From IMG/VR virus record IMGVR_UViG_3300005573_001166, positions 64,001 through 128,000 of that record: 64,000 bases of DNA; one strand, written 5' to 3'. This DNA is from a virus. The first letter of the stretch is position 1, and each line of letters begins with the position of its first letter. Position numbers and translations under genes: made by a program. The notes under the pieces were generated by a model. It ran no database searches, was not told the DNA's origin, and worked only from the letters and a program-made list of their open reading frames with translations. Shown one piece after another: positions 46,522 through 55,317 of the stretch.

Positions 46522-47706
46522 ATGAAGCTTTGTTTCTTTACTATGGCTAATAATAAACGATATGATTGGGCGTATAGGTTAATTTTGTCCGGAGAAGCAG
46601 TGAAGAGGCCTATTTGGTTTTTCAGAATACCAGACGGACACCCAGATCCCAAGAGGTATAAAATAGAGCTGCTAATGGGCGATCTATTGCCAGAAGCAGA
46701 TAAATATATCTACCTAGATAGCGATGTTCTTATGTTACAACATGGAGATTGGGAGTCAGAAGAAGCATATGGAGCTGTTAGCGAGGAAAAATTCCATATA
46801 AGTTCTAAAAATGCATTCTCAGATGAAAAAGGCTACAAAGCTTACTGCGATTTATTTGCTAAATACAATTATCCTACTAGAGTTAACACAGGAGTTGTAG
46901 TATTGCCTGGTAGTATTAGAAAGCAAGTAGGTGAAAGGTGGAAGTATTGGTGCGAGTATATAGAGTCCTTATGTGAACTACCGATGAAACTAAGAGACCA
47001 GCCTCAATTTCCTTTTGTTATGTGTGAATTTAAAATACCTGTACTTCCCGACAGGTTTTGTGCTATAATAAAGAGAGAAAGTGTACGTTCTGACCATATC
47101 GCTTTACATGCTTCCGGCCATCCTAGAGGAGATGATTTAAACCAATATATTAGTGCCGCTAATAAGCTACTAGGGGAACAGGTAGTAGGTGGTGGCGGTA
47201 AAAGGTGGCATGTACTTACCAAACTTATTATTCAATATGCTCCAAATCCTACATATCCTGTGGGTGCAGAGGTAGGGGTTTACAGAGGAGAAAATGCTTT
47301 CCATTTACTTGATATATTTCCCGGCTTAAAACTTCACTGTATTGACAATAGAAAGCTTACAAATCCTGAAAAGCACCTAGCTAGGGCCTTTGAGGATTGG
47401 GAAAGAAATAAACGGCCTTACATGGACCGTATTATAGAACATACAGTAGATTCAGATAAGGCTGATTTACCTGCAGAATCTTTAGACTACGTCTTTATAG
47501 ATGCAGATCACAGAACCGATGCTGTTGTTAAGGACATAAAGCACTATCTCCCCCTTGTAAAAAAAGGAGGGTTTATAGCAGGACACGATATAGATTACAG
47601 AGGAACTTATTACGGTAGAGATAGTGTTAGAAATGCTGTAACGGCAGTATTTGGGAACGACTTTCAAACCGGTGCCGATCATACATGGTGGCATATAAAG
47701 AAATAG
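46522..47706 (+). CDS. GT8-like glycosyltransferase fused to a SAM-dependent methyltransferase
   Basis: YIYLDSDV, NTGV, DQ (GT8-like); GAEVGVYRG, DYVFIDADH, VKKGG.IAGHD (methyltransferase). Confidence 0.8.
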   Translation: MKLCFFTMANNKRYDWAYRLILSGEAVKRPIWFFRIPDGHPDPKRYKIELLMGDLLPEADKYIYLDSDVLMLQHGDWESEEAYGAVSEEKFHISSKNAFSDEKGYKAYCDLFAKYNYPTRVNTGVVVLPGSIRKQVGERWKYWCEYIESLCELPMKLRDQPQFPFVMCEFKIPVLPDRFCAIIKRESVRSDHIALHASGHPRGDDLNQYISAANKLLGEQVVGGGGKRWHVLTKLIIQYAPNPTYPVGAEVGVYRGENAFHLLDIFPGLKLHCIDNRKLTNPEKHLARAFEDWERNKRPYMDRIIEHTVDSDKADLPAESLDYVFIDADHRTDAVVKDIKHYLPLVKKGGFIAGHDIDYRGTYYGRDSVRNAVTAVFGNDFQTGADHTWWHIKK

Positions 47707-47716
47707 GTTAATAGAA

Positions 47717-49060
47717 ATGCCTACCCCCTTTGTTTGTACTATAGGAAGAAAAAATAGAGACTATACCCATCTCTCTACTTGGGAGAATGCTATTAAGTGT
47801 AATTTAACTGCTTCTACTACTAAAGTATACAGCTGTACTAAATCTACAGGTAATACTTATCCACTTAGAGATAGCAGTACAGTATACCTTTATAGCGGTA
47901 ATGTTAAACTAGATTGCACTGCTAAACTACACCATGCTACCGAGTCCCAAGCACTTTTATCTAATATAAAAGGTTCCGTCGCTCCTCAAATAGGGCACAG
48001 TTTCAGGGAAAGCTTGAAACACGATTATATTACTTTAACAGATAACGGAGATTCTGTTATTGCTGTAGCAGAGTGTTACAACGACACTCTAGAGGATTTG
48101 TGGGATAATGTGACTTTTAAAGGTTGGAAGACAAGTAGCGATAACTACATAAAAATATATACCCCCACGGAAGAAAGGCATACAGGAGTAGAAGGTACCG
48201 GCTTTAGTATATACAATCCAGGAATCAACGATATAATAACTTTATACGACGTTGATGTAGTAATAGAAGGCATTGAATTTAAAGGAGGAGCTAAACAGAT
48301 TGCATGTATATATACTTCTCCAAAAACTATTACTATAAACTCCTGTATTTTACATGATAACTACTACGGACCTCTTATAGCCCCTCCAAAGATTGCAGGG
48401 GCGGTTATAAAGATATACAATTGTATAATGTATGACAGTAGGCAGTCTGTTATCTCCTCTTGTTCTCCTAGTACGTTATATGTCGAAAACTGTACTATAT
48501 ACAATCCCGGTTTTGGATATGGAGTAGTAGATGGGCAATGTTATAACGTAGTAGTATTTAGAAGCAACAACAGTATAGCATGTTTTGGTAGTAATACTAC
48601 AGGAGATTACAACTGCGACGGTACTAGTTCTGGTTTAGACGGCACTGCTCCTGGCGGACATTCACTTCATAATACATCACTTAGAGACATTAACTGGTAC
48701 AATGTTGTAGATTATAGAACTGCTATGAACTTTTTTACATGCGAGGGAAGCGTACTTATAAACAGAGGCATTACTAGAAAAGAAGGAGATATAGGTTTTA
48801 ACACCGATATTTTAGGGGTAACTAGGGAGGGATATTACTGGGATATCGGTGCTTTTCAGGCAGGGGGCTCTTCTGCATATAGCTCATCAAGTTCTTCATT
48901 TTCAAGTGAAAGCAGTAGTTCTTCTAGTTTTAGTAGTTTCAGTTCCAGTTACTCTTCCTCGTCTTCATCAAGTGAGTCTGTAGCAGAATACCTTCTACTA
49001 AGAACACAGGCCGATCTTTTGCGTTTAAGGGATTGGCAACAGCGAGGAAGGATACGTTAG
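47717..49060 (+). CDS. Virion surface protein with parallel beta-helix-like repeats and a C-terminal Ser-rich tract
   Basis: DY..LS.WE, INSCILHD/IYNCIMYD/VENCTIYN stacks, DIL...R...WDIGAFQ, then 29 Ser in 37 residues. Confidence 0.7.
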   Translation: MPTPFVCTIGRKNRDYTHLSTWENAIKCNLTASTTKVYSCTKSTGNTYPLRDSSTVYLYSGNVKLDCTAKLHHATESQALLSNIKGSVAPQIGHSFRESLKHDYITLTDNGDSVIAVAECYNDTLEDLWDNVTFKGWKTSSDNYIKIYTPTEERHTGVEGTGFSIYNPGINDIITLYDVDVVIEGIEFKGGAKQIACIYTSPKTITINSCILHDNYYGPLIAPPKIAGAVIKIYNCIMYDSRQSVISSCSPSTLYVENCTIYNPGFGYGVVDGQCYNVVVFRSNNSIACFGSNTTGDYNCDGTSSGLDGTAPGGHSLHNTSLRDINWYNVVDYRTAMNFFTCEGSVLINRGITRKEGDIGFNTDILGVTREGYYWDIGAFQAGGSSAYSSSSSSFSSESSSSSSFSSFSSSYSSSSSSSESVAEYLLLRTQADLLRLRDWQQRGRIR

Positions 49061-49070
49061 GAGGTATAAG

Positions 49071-50021
49071 GTGACTTGGACACAGAGAGTGTTGTCTATA
49101 CTAGAGTCGGATAAGAAGGCTACATTTAACACATTATATAAACTGTGCCCCGGTATAAAGAGAAAATATTTAAGTAACTTATTGTATAGGTTGCAAAACA
49201 GACAGATAATAAAGAAAGAAGGGGATTTCTTTCTACTAGTAGCTCCCTATGATTCTCATTTTCCTGGAGTTCAACTGCCCATAATTAGGCATAGAGTTAC
49301 AGATTATAGTTTTACGGGGGAAGTAATAAAATTTGGGGTAGTGTCAGACAGTCATTTAGGATCGGTGTATGATAATGTCCCTTTATTGAAAGCTGCATAT
49401 GATGTATTTGATAGAGAAGGTATTACTAAAGTATTTCATGCAGGAGATATATGCGATGGAGAGCATATGAGACAAGGACATGAGTATGAGCTTAGAGTAG
49501 TAGGTTTTGACAAGCAGTGTGAATATGTAGTCAACGAATACCCCCATAGAGAAGGTATAGAGACTATTTTCTTATGCGGCAACCATGACATGTCTTTTTG
49601 GAAATACAGTGGGGTAGATATTGGAGTACATATTGCAAGACAGAGGCCTGATCTAAAATACATAGGTACCCTAGAAGCAGATATTACCCTTACTACTACT
49701 ACCGGTAGTACTACAGTAAGGTTATGGCATCCTTTGTTGGGGTCTGCATATGCTATTTCCTATCACCCACAAAGATATATAGAGTCATTATCTGGAGGGA
49801 GCAAACCAGGTATATTAATAATAGGGAATTTCCATAAAGCAGAGTGGCTTTTTTATAGAAACATACATACCCTTCAACCAGGGTGTTTACAATTTCAAAC
49901 CAGGTGGATGAAAGGCAAACGTATATCAGCACATTTGGGTTTCTCTATTGTAGAAGCTCATCTATGCGATAAAGGCGTTGCCAGACTAAAGTTTGAATTC
50001 TTTCCTGACTATGATTCATAA
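49071..50021 (+). CDS. Calcineurin-like metallophosphoesterase with N-terminal winged-helix
   Basis: VSDSHLGS, HAGDICDG, GNHD, LWHP, GNFH. Confidence 0.82.
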   Translation: MTWTQRVLSILESDKKATFNTLYKLCPGIKRKYLSNLLYRLQNRQIIKKEGDFFLLVAPYDSHFPGVQLPIIRHRVTDYSFTGEVIKFGVVSDSHLGSVYDNVPLLKAAYDVFDREGITKVFHAGDICDGEHMRQGHEYELRVVGFDKQCEYVVNEYPHREGIETIFLCGNHDMSFWKYSGVDIGVHIARQRPDLKYIGTLEADITLTTTTGSTTVRLWHPLLGSAYAISYHPQRYIESLSGGSKPGILIIGNFHKAEWLFYRNIHTLQPGCLQFQTRWMKGKRISAHLGFSIVEAHLCDKGVARLKFEFFPDYDS

Positions 50022-50700
50022 TCCTAAATTAGTAGGTTCTAACGTAATAGATTGTATACCTGTTGCAGGTAGGTGTCCCAACAACTGCAACCCTTGCTTC
50101 TATAATGAAGGGGAATTTTTTCATGATATAAACGAGCCTTTGATTCCTACATTAGAGGAGGTAGGAGATAAGATAGTAAGGGTTAATTCAGGTAGAGACT
50201 CTACTATAGATTTTGAGGAAGTCATACAAAAAACCAAACAGTATCCAAAAAAATTTTACAATACTAGCTTAAGTGATAAGATTACAGAATTTCCTGCTCC
50301 TGTAGTATTTACATGTAACAGGAAGAACCACTTAGTTACTCTTTTGCTTAAAAATACGAACCTTATGTTTGTAAGAGTTAGAACTGCTTATTGGAATACA
50401 GACATTGTAAATATTGCAGTAGAGCATTATACTAGCATGGGGATACCGGTAGTATTAACTTTTTTATACTTTAGCGATAGGCATATAGGCAACTCATTTC
50501 CAATAGAGCACTTAGATAAATATGAGAAAGTAAAACACGTAGTAAACGATAGGTATTTTATCAAACCGGAGTATTGGAAGCAGATAGTAAGTAGATACAA
50601 AAACAAGTCAGATGTTTATACTTGCGGTACGTTAAAAGACCACACATGTAAAAGTTGCAGAAACTGCGAACGACTATACTACAGATATACAGGGGGGTGA
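50011..50700 (+). CDS. Radical SAM-like Fe-S protein
   Basis: CPNNCNPCFY (CX3CX2C) and a C-terminal TCG...TCKSCRNC cluster. Confidence 0.6.
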   Translation: MIHNPKLVGSNVIDCIPVAGRCPNNCNPCFYNEGEFFHDINEPLIPTLEEVGDKIVRVNSGRDSTIDFEEVIQKTKQYPKKFYNTSLSDKITEFPAPVVFTCNRKNHLVTLLLKNTNLMFVRVRTAYWNTDIVNIAVEHYTSMGIPVVLTFLYFSDRHIGNSFPIEHLDKYEKVKHVVNDRYFIKPEYWKQIVSRYKNKSDVYTCGTLKDHTCKSCRNCERLYYRYTGG

Positions 50701-50706
50701 TCACTT

Positions 50707-51501
50707 TTGGAGTTTATATACGTAAACGATAATTGGCCTTTTAGAGTTCAAACATATGAACCTGATGGCACTGCTATTACGGTAGACTCTGCTACTGTAA
50801 CTATCACTAAACTAGAGACTATGGAAAAGGTAGTAGACGGAGCTGCTGCAACAATACATTCGGGGTATGTAGAGTATATAGTAACGAATACGATTACTTC
50901 GGAAACGGGCAACTATATAATAGACTGGAATATAACTTTAGGAGACGTAACAAAAAGCTATAGAGAAGTCTTTCAAGTTATAGAGGTGCCTCAATATTCC
51001 TTAAAAGAGATGTCCCTTATAAATGCTTTAGCAATACGATTGAAAGATAACAGGCCTGTTTTATACAGAGTAGACGAACAAGAGAGAAAATGGCATGATG
51101 AGGAGTTATATAGTTTCTTGTATTATGCAATAGCAGATTTCAATGGTACACCTCCAGCATGGACCAATTATGGGTTTGAGGATCTGCCCCCCCAAGTATA
51201 CGGAATTATATTACTAGGAGCACAAATAGCAGCAATTATAGCAGAAGCAACCTTACAAGCTGCAAACGATTTTAGCTATAATGATAATGGATTAACCGTC
51301 ACACTTTCTAGATCAGGACATTATATGCAAGTAGCAAATGCTTTATGGAACATGTGGCTACAACAAGTACCCAAGATAAAGAGATATTTAGGATTCGAGC
51401 TGACGCATTTTGTAGGAGTAAAAACACAAAGAATGCCGGTAAGTGTAAGAAGACCTCTAAGTATGCTACCCCATTTAGAGTCCGTTTTCTCTATGAGTTA
51501 A
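50707..51501 (+). CDS. Head-tail connector/neck protein
   Basis: Ig/BppU-like N-terminus, then RLKD...W.DEEL..FL..A..DFN.TPP...NDFSY.D.G.....SRS neck-protein pattern; position before the tail genes. Confidence 0.6.
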   Translation: MEFIYVNDNWPFRVQTYEPDGTAITVDSATVTITKLETMEKVVDGAAATIHSGYVEYIVTNTITSETGNYIIDWNITLGDVTKSYREVFQVIEVPQYSLKEMSLINALAIRLKDNRPVLYRVDEQERKWHDEELYSFLYYAIADFNGTPPAWTNYGFEDLPPQVYGIILLGAQIAAIIAEATLQAANDFSYNDNGLTVTLSRSGHYMQVANALWNMWLQQVPKIKRYLGFELTHFVGVKTQRMPVSVRRPLSMLPHLESVFSMS

Positions 51502-52590
51502 AGAAAAACGGCCTATTCCCCCCTATAAAGGCCTTATTACGAATTTGTAGGTAAATATATACCCACCTACAAGAAAGTAAGTTATAGGGGGGAATAGGTG
51601 GGTTATAGGGGGGATTAAAAGACAACCCCTCCCCGTTTTAAGGTTAAAAGGTAAAAATTTGAGATTTACTGTTATTTTAGAAAACACTTTTTAACACGGA
51701 AAGCATGTAAAGCAACCGGAACTGACCTATGCAAACAGGAAGCTTAGGTTGAGCAGACAGTTGAAAGCACCTACAGTCAATCTTAAGGTTCAAACGTAGC
51801 AGCAAAGGGGGGTAGACAATTTTTTGTTGAAATTTTGGCAGACGCTGCCCCGTTAAGCCCTTATAAATAAAGGGCTGCCCCCCCGATTTTCGGTACCTAT
51901 AAGCCTATAAGCCTATAAGAAAATTCCTTTTTTCTTTTTTTTCTTTTTTTGTTTATTTTTTTTATTTTTTTAATAATATATAAAAAATATATATAAATAT
52001 ATATAAAAAATTTAAAAAATAACTTATATACCTATGTAAACAGTAGAAAAAAAAGATCTAATTTTTTCACAAAAATTTTTTAAAAAAAATTTTTATAAAA
52101 AAACTATCTCTTTTTTTTCTCCTATTTACATCTGTTGCTTCGCAACAGGACACGCAGGGAGAAGCTCTTTATTTATAAGGGTTTTGTCAATCAATTTTAG
52201 TCGTATTTTTCGATTTGGTATAAACCCTCAAACCTTTTATTTATGTAGTATTTAACAGGCAGACAGTAAGTGGTAAGATTTATAGGTGGTAGACATTTCT
52301 CGATTTGGCATAAAACTTCTGTGAGTCCTTTATTTACGTAGTATTTAGCAGGCAGACATTTTTCTGGTAGACATTTGTGGGCATTCTTGGTTTTCGGTAT
52401 AAAAACTCTTGTAAGCCTTTTATTTACATAGTATTTGTCAAATGTTGGAATAGGACACGCAACTGGATAGACATTTTCCGGTAGACATTTCTCGATTTCG
52501 GTATAAACTTTTGTAAGCTTTTTATTTACGTAGTATTTAGCAGGCAGACATTTTGGTAAGACATTCTTTGGTCTGCGGAGGTAGAGGTAT
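51502..52590. other. 1.09 kb non-coding region: putative replication origin (dyad element copy 3, AT-rich core, iteron-like repeats)
   Basis: No ORF. GGCCTATTCCCCCCTATAAAGGCC at 51510 faces TTATAGGGGGG at 51582 and 51603; triple ctataag repeat at ~51897-51919; A/T-tract core ~51925-52125; four ~90-100 bp repeats. Confidence 0.65.
52205..52570 (+). repeat. Four imperfect ~90-100 bp tandem repeats
   Basis: Units (cgat)tt(c)gg(t/c)ataaa...tttattta(c/t)(g/a)tagtattt...ggYagacatt start near 52211, 52302, 52391 and 52493. Confidence 0.85.
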
Positions 52591-53115
52591 ATGAGTGTAC
52601 CTGTAGCAGCAAATGCTGTTGTATCTCCTAGTTCATTTCAGATAGGAGACACTGTTACAGCTTCTTATACATACTCAGGAGATCCAGAATCAGGTACTTT
52701 AATTAGGTGGTATAAGAACAATATACATCAGAGGTCTCTAGACAATAAACGTTCTTTTGTTGTTTCTGGTGTTAGAGGGGATGTTTTCTACTTTACTGTT
52801 ACTCCTTGCGATGGAACCCAGTATGGGAGTACTGTTGTCTCTGCAGTAGGTATAATGAAAAACAATCCTCCTCCGGATGTGTCTTGGGTAGAAATAATAC
52901 CTCATACTCCAGTAGCAGGTGTTGACGATTTGAAGGTATTTCATGAAGAGGTAGAAGATCCTGATGGAGATAAGGTGATATACCATTATAAGTGGTATAA
53001 AAACGGTATAGAGTTGACTGATTATGAAGATAAAACGACTATTCCCTATACCGAGGTCTCCGAGGGAGATGTGTTTACAGTAGAGGTAGCTACTACAGAT
53101 AACTACGAGGGGTGA
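52591..53115 (+). CDS. Tandem Ig-like domain virion protein
   Basis: GD.V.A.Y.Y.GDPESGT.I.WYKN...FTVTP.DG; DPDGD.V.Y.Y.WYKNG...GD..T.EV. Confidence 0.7.
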   Translation: MSVPVAANAVVSPSSFQIGDTVTASYTYSGDPESGTLIRWYKNNIHQRSLDNKRSFVVSGVRGDVFYFTVTPCDGTQYGSTVVSAVGIMKNNPPPDVSWVEIIPHTPVAGVDDLKVFHEEVEDPDGDKVIYHYKWYKNGIELTDYEDKTTIPYTEVSEGDVFTVEVATTDNYEG

Positions 53116-54053
53116 TTTTAATGCCTATCTGGTTGCAGGACAATATGCTATCTACTATTAGATACTTTAATAGGTTTATAAGCATGCAATCAGCAGAATG
53201 CTGCTACCTACTTTTTAGACGTTGGTCTGGAGACATGGTCTCAAATACGGTTACCTCTTATAGGTATAATACCTACTATAAATGCTATGAATTCGATTTG
53301 TATACTCCTACAAACCCACCTTCCGGTGGAAAGCCTAGACTTCCTTCTATTCGCATTTTTTTAGATGGAGAAGAAATGGTACCTGTTCCATCTTTTAATG
53401 ATGTTACCTCCGAAAATCAGTTTTGGTGCGAGGTAGGAAAAGGCACTCCTAAAAGCAAAGAAGGGGAGGGGAATATTATCATAGGCTTTAAACCTGGTTT
53501 CGATCCTAGAAGTCATATTGTTACTTATATTTACGAAGAGGTGTGTCATTGTATAGAAGCAGAAGAACAGAACTTTCACCCTCTTTCTACCTGTACTACT
53601 TGTTATGGTACAGGTTATGTAGGTGGTTATACGCAATATACATGCCCCCCTTTAATAGAAGGAGGTAGGGTTATACGCCCTGCAAACACTATACTAGTAA
53701 GGTTTCCACTTGCAAGTGAGACTGCTAGAGTGGGTAAGTATGGAATAGAGGTAAGAACTCAAAGAAAGAGTTGGGCAGTAGTATCTCCTTTGTTACATGA
53801 TTGGGATGTTATAGTTAGGCCTAGAGCATTCGGAGCTCCTTATAACATTGATCCTACTACTCTAGCTATTCCAGATGAGAGGTATGCTGTAGTAGAGTGG
53901 GAGCATTCAAGTACAAGAGCATCTTATAGCCTACCTCTAAAAGAGCAACCTGGAGCATATGCTGTAGATAAAGGGGTTACATTACATCAAAAGTTTATAC
54001 TTAATGAATATCAACCTGCACATATTATCTATCAGGTACCAATAACTACATAG
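53112..54053 (+). CDS. Neck/head-closure protein with zinc finger
   Basis: CHC...CTTCYGTGYVGGY and P.L..WD.IV motifs typical of large-myovirus neck proteins. Confidence 0.65.
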   Translation: MILMPIWLQDNMLSTIRYFNRFISMQSAECCYLLFRRWSGDMVSNTVTSYRYNTYYKCYEFDLYTPTNPPSGGKPRLPSIRIFLDGEEMVPVPSFNDVTSENQFWCEVGKGTPKSKEGEGNIIIGFKPGFDPRSHIVTYIYEEVCHCIEAEEQNFHPLSTCTTCYGTGYVGGYTQYTCPPLIEGGRVIRPANTILVRFPLASETARVGKYGIEVRTQRKSWAVVSPLLHDWDVIVRPRAFGAPYNIDPTTLAIPDERYAVVEWEHSSTRASYSLPLKEQPGAYAVDKGVTLHQKFILNEYQPAHIIYQVPITT

Positions 54054-54064
54054 GGGATGTTAAG

Positions 54065-54556
54065 ATGGGTGCTGCTGGTTTTTTAGGTTCGATTGCTAGA
54101 GCTGTTGTAGGAGAAGCTGCTGCAGAGGAAGCAACTCTCGGTGGGCTACTTGGAAGAGTGTTGGGTAGTGACGGTAGTATAAAGGATGCAGGTAATATAG
54201 TAAATCAGTTTATTGGGGAAGGAAAGGTTCCGCCCATTTCCTTTAGTGTCGAAGAGTACCCCAAAGAGCTTGAGAATCTAGGTGATCCTGTTAAGATAGA
54301 TGAAGGACTTAACCTTTGGAAGGAGCAGCTGATTCAAGAAATATATTCACAATTTTCGGAAGGTACGAATAAGAGATCTATACCTTTTTCAGTTAACGCC
54401 GATGTGTCTGGAAATAAAATAAATATATATATATCCAAGTCTCCTGCTGTCAGACAAAGTTTGGATATAAGCAGCATATTACTTGCAGTCTTAAAGGCTC
54501 GTAAAATTACTATAGGTGATATTTTTGTCGCTATTGCTACTTCGGGTCTTTTTTAA
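54065..54556 (+). CDS. Hypothetical protein, neck/tail module
   Basis: ORF with RBS between the neck and tail-completion genes. Confidence 0.5.
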   Translation: MGAAGFLGSIARAVVGEAAAEEATLGGLLGRVLGSDGSIKDAGNIVNQFIGEGKVPPISFSVEEYPKELENLGDPVKIDEGLNLWKEQLIQEIYSQFSEGTNKRSIPFSVNADVSGNKINIYISKSPAVRQSLDISSILLAVLKARKITIGDIFVAIATSGLF

Positions 54557-54579
54557 GTAGTTATAAGAGGAATGATAAG

Positions 54580-55299
54580 ATGGCTTTTTATAGATTTACA
54601 AGAGCTTGTAGAAATATTATAGTAGAGTATCTTCGTTCTCAGTTGCAGGAAGGCGGAGAGCATTTTGATGGCAGTGAATATGTAACATTGCCGGAAGTAA
54701 CTGTATCAGATGTATATAGGTACGATCCTAGAAAGTTACCTGCAGTTGTTACAGATATTGCAACAGGAGGTACCAGAACATTAGCGTTTAATCAACAGGT
54801 CGGACAATACGTAGATACCTATGGAATTTACGGAGAAAGAGGGCAGTCTTATATAGCATATGGAGGTAGGGGAGATTTTGATATAAATTTGCATTGCATA
54901 GCTAACGATAGAGAGACTATGGAAAAGCTAACAGATCTCGTAGCTTTTACATTAGTTATAGGGATGGGTTGGATTTATTATAATAAGCATATACTTTTAA
55001 GGGAGGTGAGATTTGGAGGGGACGGGGTAGATGATAAGGTGGGGCAAGAGCCTGTATACTTTGGTAATCTAGTTGTCCCTGCAACAGCAGATTGGCGGTT
55101 AATAATGCCTAGAGATACAATATCTAAAGTAGATATAGATGTTGATCTAGTTACACCTGATGATCCCTTTACAGATCCAAATAATGTAGTTCCTGGATCC
55201 ATAACCCCTATAGACCTTACGTCTAATATAGGGAAGATAACAGAGGATCAGAGTTTAAATAGTAAAAATCCGCCGTTAAGACCTATGCGGCGTAGATAA
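54580..55299 (+). CDS. Tail completion/terminator protein
   Basis: Directly before the sheath gene; Y.Y..RKLPA.V and C.A.D....E.L.D.V patterns. Confidence 0.6.
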   Translation: MAFYRFTRACRNIIVEYLRSQLQEGGEHFDGSEYVTLPEVTVSDVYRYDPRKLPAVVTDIATGGTRTLAFNQQVGQYVDTYGIYGERGQSYIAYGGRGDFDINLHCIANDRETMEKLTDLVAFTLVIGMGWIYYNKHILLREVRFGGDGVDDKVGQEPVYFGNLVVPATADWRLIMPRDTISKVDIDVDLVTPDDPFTDPNNVVPGSITPIDLTSNIGKITEDQSLNSKNPPLRPMRRR

Positions 55300-55317
55300 T
55301 GTTAGGAGGTTATAAGA

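Noticed and set aside
52205-52570. CRISPR array
   Set aside because: Repeats are long and degenerate, the intervening sequences resemble each other rather than being unique spacers, and there are no cas genes.
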